Below are positions 27,409-34,963 of a stretch of 64,000 bases of DNA, in pieces. The notes below the pieces were generated by a model, which saw only the letters and a program-made list of their open reading frames with translations, was not told the origin of the DNA and searched no databases. Origin of the DNA: an uncultured Eubacteriales bacterium (GTDB lineage Bacteria; Bacillota; Clostridia; Christensenellales; Aristaeellaceae); contig CACWZI010000014.1 in NCBI GenBank assembly GCA_902765305.1, forward strand, positions 886 to 64,885, read 5' to 3'. Made by a program: the position numbers and the translations under genes. Position 1 is the stretch's first letter; the number at the start of each line of letters is the position of its first letter.

Positions 27409-28632
27409 TTAGTCTGAAATGAGCAAGCGTTCCAGCTTGTCGATCTTGTCCCCCGTCATCCCGCATCGCATCAGGTAGTCCCTGGCCGCCAAGCGCAGAT
27501 CAATGCCCGGCAGAGCCTCGATTTCCGTTCCAAAGATCGCCGCAAGTATATCGTCAATCCGCATCTTGAACAAGCGGTATTGCAGGGATTCGGGATTCAT
27601 GTCGATGTTGTGAAGCAGGTCATAGCTGATCATGTAATCCTGCACGATCTCGTCATAGGTCGCCCCGCAAAGCGCCTCCACCACCGCGCAAATAACTCCG
27701 GTGCGATCCCTCCCCAGGCTGCAGTGGATCAACCAGGGACCTTCCAACTCCATCAACCGGTCAAGCCCTTCGCCGATACTCCGCATGGCTGCCGGTTCGG
27801 TGTAATCCACCCCCAGGTGACAAGTGAGCACACGGCCCTGTTCGATCATGTCAGACGTATAGTCGGGCAAGCCCTCGCCGGCCTTCATCTCCGCCTGGCC
27901 GTTCGCCAGATTGAGGATACCGCCGATGCTGTGCGCCTCGATATACGAACCCATCATCTCGATCCTGCCGAAGGCCGGGTCGAAGGGCGTCGAACCCCGA
28001 TACAGCCGTCCCGGCCGGATGCCGCCGGCCGTCACTTCCCGCGCGTTGATGAACGCCGCATCCGTCTGGCCCTCCATCCGGTACCTGGCGTCGTTGATAT
28101 TGTAGGCTTTATATTCCTCCCTGTACCGGCCCCTCTGCGCCAAAGTCATGATCGCCGTCTCCCCTGGCTCGATTCCAACGACCAGGTTCAGGTTACTCGC
28201 GACACTCCCGAGCACTACTTCATCCATATAAAACGCCAGTATCGCAGTACCCTTCCTCCCATAAAAATCCGGAAAGTACGGCACCGCTTTTATTTCATAA
28301 CCCCCTGAGAAGCGGAAGTCGACGCTGTCTCCGTATTCCAGGCCGGCCTGATCCAGGTCGGTCTTCTTCACGTCGAACACGATATCTCCGAACTGATCGA
28401 TCCGGGTGGCGGTCGCGCGCACCGGCACGAAGGCCTCGGCGACGGCACATTGCACAGAGAGCAGGCAGAGGACCAGCGCCAAAGCCGCCGACATCAATCG
28501 CCCGGCCTGTAGGCAGGCGACGGATCTGTCTGTTTTGCGAATGTGGCATTTGGGGAGAGTCCGATTGAAACGATTCAACGCTTTTGCGTATGCGGCAATG
28601 AACGAGCGCATATTTATCATTAAACTGTACAT
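27409..28632 (-). CDS. Exported or membrane-anchored tyrosine-phosphatase-family protein (CX5R, Y_phosphatase3-like) with an N-terminal beta-barrel-like domain
   Basis: Active-site motif IHCSLGRDRTGV. Hydrophobic signal or anchor MSAALALVLCLLSVQCAVAEA. The start is uncertain: 28632 has AAGGAAA upstream, and 28494 is the alternative. Confidence 0.6.
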   Translation of the reverse strand: MYSLMINMRSFIAAYAKALNRFNRTLPKCHIRKTDRSVACLQAGRLMSAALALVLCLLSVQCAVAEAFVPVRATATRIDQFGDIVFDVKKTDLDQAGLEYGDSVDFRFSGGYEIKAVPYFPDFYGRKGTAILAFYMDEVVLGSVASNLNLVVGIEPGETAIMTLAQRGRYREEYKAYNINDARYRMEGQTDAAFINAREVTAGGIRPGRLYRGSTPFDPAFGRIEMMGSYIEAHSIGGILNLANGQAEMKAGEGLPDYTSDMIEQGRVLTCHLGVDYTEPAAMRSIGEGLDRLMELEGPWLIHCSLGRDRTGVICAVVEALCGATYDEIVQDYMISYDLLHNIDMNPESLQYRLFKMRIDDILAAIFGTEIEALPGIDLRLAARDYLMRCGMTGDKIDKLERLLISD

Positions 28633-28695
28633 CGGTTCGGGTTTCCTTACTTCTGACTGTCAGAGGATCACGTTATCACATTCAGGCAAATATGC

Positions 28696-28824
28696 TCACC
28701 AATCGATATGGCCAGCGTCCACATAGCCATAGCTTCCGTCCGCATAGGCCAGGGCGGTGGCATAGAGGCGCGGCAAGGCTGCCATCAGCAGCACCCAAAT
28801 CGAAGACTTGAGGCGCGGCGCCAT
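28696..28824 (-). pseudogene. 42-aa remnant of an SH3-repeat protein (paralogous to the C-terminus of the 29650-30435 gene)
   Basis: My translation is MAPRLKSSIWVLLMAALPRLYATALAYADGSYGYVDAGHIDW*. It matches the C-terminus GYALAYKNGVYGYVDAGYIDW* of the neighbouring gene. The DNA at 28696-28760 aligns by eye with 29650-29715. Confidence 0.55.
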
Positions 28825-28958
28825 TGGCTACGATTTAAGGAAATACCGCGCAATTAAGGTGGTCAGCTGGCGAGTGAATTTTTCGACAGATGCAATTGCA
28901 GATTTCGAAGGTTTACTGGCGGTAAATCGAGAGTGCGGTATTTCCTTAAAAACACGCC

Positions 28959-29521
28959 TTATCCAAAGGCCACTGCCCGCGCCTGCGCCTCGGGCATATT
29001 CAGCGCCAGCAATCGCTCATAAACCGCCTGCGCCTGTTCGTCCCGTCCCTGCTGCATGCCCTTTTCCATGCCCTGCTGCATGCCCTGCTGCATGCCCTTT
29101 TCCATGCCCTGCCCATAGCCTTCCCGCTTGATTTCTTCAAATATCGTGCACATCTGTCGCACCCCCTCCGGCGTCTCCTTGTAGTATCGGGTTGCCTGCC
29201 GCATCAACGGAAAATGCATTTGCGACGGGTCTGAGCAGTTAAAATCGTGCATCAGTCTGCCGATCGGACCGTCTCCCCGGTATTCGCCATTGATATAGAG
29301 TATATGCGCCTCGTCCCCAAAGGGCTCCATGGCGTCCAGAACCATCCGCTCAACCGGATAGGCCGGTTGACCCCTGTCCATCACATCGTGCCAAACTCCA
29401 CCAAGGGTTTGTTATCCCGAAACAGGCAGCGCATGAAATCATCGTCGATCGGCCGCAGTCTGCGCAGCCGGTCCAGGTTTCGAAGGTATTCCCGCTCCTT
29501 CTGCGATGCTTCCCGATCCAC
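28959..29521 (-). pseudogene. Decayed PD-(D/E)XK Rpn-family recombination-promoting nuclease / putative transposase (frameshifted, nuclease core deleted)
   Basis: The N-terminal fragment (GTG at 29521 to TGA at 29381) reads DREASQKEREYLRNLDRLRRLRPIDDDFMRCLFRDNKPLVEFGTM*. The C-terminal fragment is in another frame (29384-28959): QPAYPVERMVLDAMEPFGDEAHILYINGEYRGDGPIGRLMHDFNCSDPSQMHF...RYYKETPEGVRQMCTIFEE. The two ends resemble the termini of this family as I recall it. About 110-130 central residues are missing. Confidence 0.6.
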
Positions 29522-29649
29522 CGCGACGCCACCTGCCTCTCCATATGAATTGTAGCACAGAAACCCGCCTCAGTCAACTGCCGCGCCCGCAGAGCACAGG
29601 GCCCGCGCATGAATGCGCGAGCCCTGTCGCGAACCGCGTATACCTGGGC

Positions 29650-30435
29650 TCACCAGTCGATATAGCCGGCGTCCACGTAGCCGTAGACCCCGTTCTTGTA
29701 AGCCAGGGCATAGCCCCTTTCGCGGTAATCCACGTTCACGAAGATGCGGTCGCCGTCATAGAACTTGTACTTGTACATGAATTCGCCCCGCGGCGTTCTC
29801 TGGAACACCAGCGCGCCACCGTTGTCGATCTCCACCGTGCGGTATTCGAAGTTGTCCAGGTCGTGGACGCTGTCGTCCCAATCGTCGTCATCGTCGTCGC
29901 CGTCGTCCCAGTCGATATAGCGGACGTCCACATAGCCATAGCTTCCGCCCTCATAGGCCAGGGCGTAGCCGCTTTCACGGTAGTATTCATTGACGAAGAT
30001 CTCGTCGCCGTCATAGAACCGATGGTCATACATGAATGTGCCCCGGGGCGTCCTCTGGAACACCAGCGCGCCGCCGTTGTCGATCTCGACGGTGCGGTAG
30101 ACAAAGTTGTCCAGATCGTGCACGTCGTCGCCGCCGCGGCTGTCGCCGCCCCAGTCGATGTAGCTGGCGTCCACATAGCCGTAATCGCCGTTCTCATAGG
30201 CGATGGCATACCCGTCCTCCCGCCAATCCAGGTTCACGAAGATGCGGTCGCCGTCGCTGAAGGAATACTCCGACATAAACGACCCCCGGGGCGAATTCTG
30301 GAACACCAGCTTCCCCTTTCCCCGTGTCCTGACGGTCCGGTAGCCGAAGTCGTCCAAATCGTAGCGGTCCGAGGCCAGGGCGGTGGCGGAGAGGAGCAAC
30401 AGAGCCGCAAGGATTAGCGCAATGAGTTTCTTCAT
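29650..30435 (-). CDS. Secreted protein with three tandem bacterial SH3-like repeats and an Asp-rich linker
   Basis: Signal MKKLIALILAALLLLSATALA. Three repeats of about 80 aa, each ending in GY(A)LAY.(N/G)G.YGYVD..YIDW. The last two are near-identical (YRTVEIDNGGALVFQRTPRG). Linker DDGDDDDDDWDD. Confidence 0.7.
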   Translation of the reverse strand: MKKLIALILAALLLLSATALASDRYDLDDFGYRTVRTRGKGKLVFQNSPRGSFMSEYSFSDGDRIFVNLDWREDGYAIAYENGDYGYVDASYIDWGGDSRGGDDVHDLDNFVYRTVEIDNGGALVFQRTPRGTFMYDHRFYDGDEIFVNEYYRESGYALAYEGGSYGYVDVRYIDWDDGDDDDDDWDDSVHDLDNFEYRTVEIDNGGALVFQRTPRGEFMYKYKFYDGDRIFVNVDYRERGYALAYKNGVYGYVDAGYIDW

Positions 30436-30460
30436 ATTCTTTCACCCCATTCATTTAATA

Positions 30461-30481
30461 GGGGCGACTCTCGCCGCCCCC
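30461..30481 (-). terminator. Possible terminator closing the adhesin/pilin operon
   Basis: Minus strand ggggcg-gcgagagt-cgcccc followed by uauuaaau. The stem is short and the U tract weak. Confidence 0.35.
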
Positions 30482-30491
30482 GGTACACAGC

Positions 30492-33059
30492 TTATTTGGT
30501 ATTGACCACAAAGATCTCCGGCGCAGGCCAGTCGCCGTAGTGGATGGCGACGAAGTCGGCGGGGGTGGTGATCGTATCTTCCTCAATGACACCGACGGCT
30601 TTTGTCTCGGCGTCATCGAGTTGAGCGATGGTTTTCAAGTTGTACTTAGCAACCCTGGCCTCGCCGGTGCCTTCGCCGTAGTTGTCCTTCAGCTTGGTGT
30701 CATACGGCAGGGCAGGTTTCCAGTCTGTGAACGCGCCGCAGAACTTATTATATTCCTCGGCATCCAAATCAAGCGCCTTAACGCCATCCTTAGTCCCGTC
30801 GCTTTCGCCTGCCTTGGGAACAGGCGTCAAATAATCGTAGCCCACAGTCTCATCCTCATATTCATTGATGATCTCATAGTAATGGCAATCAGAAGTTGTT
30901 CCACACGCTCCAGCAAACGCGCCCTGCGTCGTTCCGCTCACCTTGCCGGTGCAATAGCTGCTCGAAATCGCGCCACTGCCTGTACCGATCAGGCCGCCAA
31001 CGGTTGTGCCGGTTGCGGAGCAGGTGGAATAGCTGTAGCTGATTTCCGCAGCTCCAGCGTCTCCAATCAGGCCGCCCGCAACGCCACTGGCAGTTACGTT
31101 GTACTTATCGGAATCGTAGGTGACGCCTATGACCTCAGCGTCGGTGCCGGTGCCGTTCATCTTGTTGATTGCGTGCCCGCCGGCATAGCAGCCGGAAACG
31201 CTGCCGCCGTCGGAGGTACCGATCAACCCGCCCGCGTTGCCGCCCTCGCTCTTGACAATCAAAGCAGCGGCAGATTTCTGGATGGTGCAGTTCGTCGCGC
31301 TGCCGATCAGGCCGCCCGCAGCACCAGAGGCTTTTGTATACACAGTGGTCTTCGTCTCATCCGTCTTCGCCAGCTCGGTTTCAAAGTCGGACGTATTATG
31401 CGCTACGACATTGGTAATTGTGGTGCCCGACAGGGTTCCGGCCAACGCGCCGGCGTTGCCGGAAGCCAGCGTCACCTTGGTGTCGATCAGTTCAAGGTTC
31501 TTGATCTCGCCACCCGTCAGGGAGCCAAAGACGCCACCCGGCGCGACCGTTGCTGTACCCGGAGCATCACCGGTGTTGTCCACCACGACGCCCTTGATGC
31601 TGTGGTTCTCCGTGAAGGTTTTGGTCGTCGTGGCACTCTCCCCTGTCCCGGAAGTCTCCGTAATCTTCACGTCGGACTGGCCATTGTAGTTCAGGGTGTA
31701 ATTTACCGATACAGGCAGGAAGCAGTCAGCCTTTGTCGCGTTCGTGTTACTATAAATACTGACGCTCTCCGAACTCTTCCTTGTTTTTATCGCCGAAACA
31801 AAATCATCGGTTCCATCATCCTCATCATTCCAATACAGGTTTGTCGTCTGTACTGCATTGATGGTATTATTAAAGTAGCTATTACTATAATTCAAGCCAG
31901 AAAGACCGTCGTTGAGATTTGCCAGGTGGCGGATATTGCTGATCTTTGTCGTTTTCTTGCCCGTTTCATCCTCAGTGACTTCATTAAAAAGGCTGTTAGT
32001 TGTCCATTCGCCGCTGTAGGCCACGCCAGTCAGGAAGTCATTGCTGAATGCCACCGCCTGAATAGTGATGTTTTCCCCAGGAATGAATGTTCCAATCTCG
32101 CGTGTACCCGTAGGTTTCTTTTTCTCATTCTGTAATTCAGAAAAGTGCAAGCCTTCAGTTGTTATATCATCAAGTACCACAGTGAAGACCTTGTCGACTG
32201 TATCGTATACAACCCTCTCGCCTGTGCTTAAATCCAGAAAGCTAGTCTTGCTCTCTAATGGTATAGCAATTTTTGCCTTGCTCTGAATGCCTGTAACAAT
32301 TAGCTTCATCTTAGGAACTAACTCTGACTTATCTGTGTTCGGATTCGTTACCGTTACAAGCAGCATCTCTGCATTTATGACATCAATTACCGGCGCTTCA
32401 AGGTATTCGCCAGATTCGACAATGTCTTCCCCGCCGCACCATCCGAGAACGCCATTGCCGCCAATTTTGGCGCGTTCGCTTTTCTTTTCCGTTCCACGGT
32501 AAGAACTAACAGCCGTGCCATAATTCATGCTGCTGATACCATACTTATTTTCATCCGTCCAGTAAAACACATCCAGAACTTGAGCGGCATTCGGCTGATA
32601 GCGAATAATATACTTTCCTCCCGTCACAAGTTCCACAGCGCCAAGTGGAAGAATCTGGTCCAATGCGGTTCCCGCGTTGCTCGATGTACTATCGAAATAA
32701 AATATATCATCGTTTGTATCTGCGTCTGCATTGCCTTTTGTACCGAAAAAGCCGCTGGTAATTGCGGTAGACAAATCTGATTTTTGTTGATAATTCTCGC
32801 TCTTCGCCAGCGTCAGGTGATTTTGAGCGGCAACGAATATCTCCTTCGCAATGGCGTCATACTGCAACTGGGTCATGGATTTCTGGTGCGCCTGCACGGC
32901 AATAAAGCTCACGGCAGCCAAAATACCGATGATCGCAACAACGATCAACATTTCAGCCATCGTAAAGCCAGCAGTGTGCCGTTTACACCATTCTCCGTTA
33001 TTAACGCGTATCGCACTGTTTCTGCTCTTCAACATATCAATCACCACATTCATTGCCAT
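30492..33059 (-). CDS. Large modular type IV pilin-like protein (prepilin N-terminus plus GLUG-repeat beta-helix adhesin-like module), 855 aa
   Basis: Class III signal: RHTAG/FTMAEMLIVVAIIGILAAVSFIAV (G-1, E+5). The C-terminal half has four or more GLUG-type repeats (AAGGLIGSATNCTIQKS, NAGGLIGTSDGGSVSGCYAGG, VAGGLIGDAGAAEISYSYS, TVGGLIGTGSGAISSSYCTG). The start may be the internal ATG at 33035, which gives a shorter leader. Confidence 0.75.
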   Translation of the reverse strand: MAMNVVIDMLKSRNSAIRVNNGEWCKRHTAGFTMAEMLIVVAIIGILAAVSFIAVQAHQKSMTQLQYDAIAKEIFVAAQNHLTLAKSENYQQKSDLSTAITSGFFGTKGNADADTNDDIFYFDSTSSNAGTALDQILPLGAVELVTGGKYIIRYQPNAAQVLDVFYWTDENKYGISSMNYGTAVSSYRGTEKKSERAKIGGNGVLGWCGGEDIVESGEYLEAPVIDVINAEMLLVTVTNPNTDKSELVPKMKLIVTGIQSKAKIAIPLESKTSFLDLSTGERVVYDTVDKVFTVVLDDITTEGLHFSELQNEKKKPTGTREIGTFIPGENITIQAVAFSNDFLTGVAYSGEWTTNSLFNEVTEDETGKKTTKISNIRHLANLNDGLSGLNYSNSYFNNTINAVQTTNLYWNDEDDGTDDFVSAIKTRKSSESVSIYSNTNATKADCFLPVSVNYTLNYNGQSDVKITETSGTGESATTTKTFTENHSIKGVVVDNTGDAPGTATVAPGGVFGSLTGGEIKNLELIDTKVTLASGNAGALAGTLSGTTITNVVAHNTSDFETELAKTDETKTTVYTKASGAAGGLIGSATNCTIQKSAAALIVKSEGGNAGGLIGTSDGGSVSGCYAGGHAINKMNGTGTDAEVIGVTYDSDKYNVTASGVAGGLIGDAGAAEISYSYSTCSATGTTVGGLIGTGSGAISSSYCTGKVSGTTQGAFAGACGTTSDCHYYEIINEYEDETVGYDYLTPVPKAGESDGTKDGVKALDLDAEEYNKFCGAFTDWKPALPYDTKLKDNYGEGTGEARVAKYNLKTIAQLDDAETKAVGVIEEDTITTPADFVAIHYGDWPAPEIFVVNTK

Positions 33060-33110
33060 GATTTAGCAGGGTACCGCCTGCCATTATCTGTTTTGCCTTA
33101 TAAATACCAT

Positions 33111-33764
33111 TTACGTACCCGACTCAACAGCATCCTTTGAAATAACGCGGATTGTTAAGTCGAGCTTTGCTCCATCTTCTCCTAAAAACTTTAAAAAATC
33201 GGAATCATCGGATTTTTTACATACCCTCAGGCCTTTTATTGTGACGATACCATTCGTCGTATCGTAGCTAATTCCGTTATCATCACAAGTCACATACCCA
33301 AAGGAAGAAGAATCAGCGACAAGAAGATGTCCCTTATCTTTATGATTTTGTTCTAGTGTCGCCTCATCCAAGTCGTGTATAAGGTCATCATTTAGGGAAA
33401 TATATTCCTCAACCCATAATTTTCCATCAGAATCCTTTGTAAGCGTTGTTTTTGCGCCTGTGCTGGCACTGAAATACGACAATCCTCCATCAATTTGCTT
33501 CACATCCCATGCTGTGCCAATTTCATCATGCAGAGCCGTTATTGCTGTGGAAAGCATGACCTTGGCATTTGCGCCGAGGATGACCTTGTTATAAGCGTTT
33601 GTGACCGCAGGCATGCCTGTGGCAACTACGATAGAAACCAAAAGCAATATCAGCACAGCCAGCAGAGTCTCCGCAAGCGTAAAGCCTCCCCTGCCCCTGA
33701 GCTTGCGATCCACCGGCAAACATGCCTTTTCAGAGATTCCGTTTTCAAACAATCTTCTATTCAT
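33111..33764 (-). CDS. Prepilin-type N-terminal cleavage/methylation domain protein (minor pilin or pseudopilin), 217 aa
   Basis: RGRGG/FTLAETLLAVLILLLVSIVVATG is a canonical G/FTLxE motif with a hydrophobic helix. Confidence 0.75.
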   Translation of the reverse strand: MNRRLFENGISEKACLPVDRKLRGRGGFTLAETLLAVLILLLVSIVVATGMPAVTNAYNKVILGANAKVMLSTAITALHDEIGTAWDVKQIDGGLSYFSASTGAKTTLTKDSDGKLWVEEYISLNDDLIHDLDEATLEQNHKDKGHLLVADSSSFGYVTCDDNGISYDTTNGIVTIKGLRVCKKSDDSDFLKFLGEDGAKLDLTIRVISKDAVESGT

Positions 33765-33816
33765 ATGCTCCGCCCAACCATCGTCTGCATACTGGTCTGT
33801 CTCTGGTTATATTTCC

Positions 33817-34161
33817 TTACGGTGTCTTCGTTAGTTTATACGCCACCACTGGCTTGCTGGTAAAAGCATCGTTTACATTATAATTCACGTCGTTGTGATA
33901 CTCCTCTATCGTACCTGAACCCTTGATCGTAATATTCAGTTTTTTTCCGCTTGTGGGTTGCTGAACCAGGCTTGCATCAGCTTTGTAATACTTCCCCATC
34001 TGCTTGTCACTGACATTGATCATCCTTGCGGTGGCACTGATGGCACCCGCAAGCATGACCAGCGCTAGCGCCGAAATCAGCAGCGCCACCAGCGTTTCCG
34101 CAATGGATTCGCCCGCACTGTTTTTCAGCTTACGGCATGTTTGTTTCATCATTGCTCTCAT
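33817..34161 (-). CDS. Small pilin-like protein with a degenerate prepilin motif (about 114 aa)
   Basis: NSAG/ESIAETLVALLISALALVMLAGAI has G-1 and E+5 conserved, with a non-canonical +1 residue. GGGAGGAG lies 10 nt upstream of the ATG at 34161. The track ORF begins at the TTG at 34170. Confidence 0.6.
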   Translation of the reverse strand: MRAMMKQTCRKLKNSAGESIAETLVALLISALALVMLAGAISATARMINVSDKQMGKYYKADASLVQQPTSGKKLNITIKGSGTIEEYHNDVNYNVNDAFTSKPVVAYKLTKTP

Positions 34162-34215
34162 AATGTGCAAACTCCTCCCGGTCTTTTGCCCCTTTTCTTT
34201 AGCTACTCACATCAA

Positions 34216-34896
34216 TTATACCATTGCACCCTTTTTTATACTGTTTACAGACCACTCCAGCGTAGTTATCACCCTTTTCATCGATTTCCCTCCATTGGTA
34301 TATTGTAACTCGGATGTAGTGATATTAGCGTCAAACACCGCTTGCAGCGTATATTTATTCTGCTTTGTAGCACCTTCCACATCCGCATTGGAAACTTCGA
34401 AGATAACTCGCCCGTCTTTGAAGACATATTCTTTGATTGTGCAGGCTGTCAAAGAACCTGTTGGTGCACCGTTTGTCGTCAGCTGCAAAGTGTCATCCGG
34501 AACCGTGGGAGTCGAAGCATTATTTGCAATCTTGTCGACCAACTTTTCCGACACCGCTTTGAGCACAGGGTATAGATCCTTCACGTCTGTTCCCGTCGTA
34601 TCATCTTTCTCGACAGCCTTTGACACAACAGGAGTATCATTATTGCCCGTTGACAAATCTTTGCTGTATTCCACCGTTACCTTCATTCCCTTGAAATCAT
34701 CGCACAATAATTCCACCGCCGAGGTGACGGCGTAATAGCGTTGATCGGTTTCGGCCCTCTGGCTCATGCGCCCGGTGGCCGCCGAACCTGCGACGACCAC
34801 GACGATGCTGACCACGGAGCACACCAAAAACAACAGCAACGCGAAGGTGATGGACGCACCCCTTTGGGATTTTATCTTGTTTTTCATGGCGTTCAT
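34216..34896 (-). CDS. PilX_N-like / GspK-like minor pilin candidate, 226 aa
   Basis: KSQRGASITFALLLFLVCSVVSIVVVVAG resembles the PilX N-terminal motif (RG-x-aliphatic helix, no E+5). RBS GGAGGTGA. Starts 67 nt after the giant ORF stop with no terminator between. Confidence 0.55.
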   Translation of the reverse strand: MNAMKNKIKSQRGASITFALLLFLVCSVVSIVVVVAGSAATGRMSQRAETDQRYYAVTSAVELLCDDFKGMKVTVEYSKDLSTGNNDTPVVSKAVEKDDTTGTDVKDLYPVLKAVSEKLVDKIANNASTPTVPDDTLQLTTNGAPTGSLTACTIKEYVFKDGRVIFEVSNADVEGATKQNKYTLQAVFDANITTSELQYTNGGKSMKRVITTLEWSVNSIKKGAMV

Positions 34897-34963
34897 GCGC
34901 CATCACCTCCGGTTGTTGATGGGGGCATCTGTCAGGGTTTGGGGCTAACCATCCCACCGCCCA

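Noticed and set aside
29506-30417. Plus-strand 303-aa ORF
   Set aside because: It is antisense to the SH3-repeat gene, and its internal repetition simply mirrors that gene's tandem repeats.
30492-34896. Interpretation of the four pilin-like genes as a competence (comG) pseudopilus operon
   Set aside because: There are no comGA or comGB-like ATPase or platform genes adjacent. One member is 855 aa with an adhesin-like module, and the cluster directly follows the giant adhesin gene. The layout does not fit the comG arrangement.
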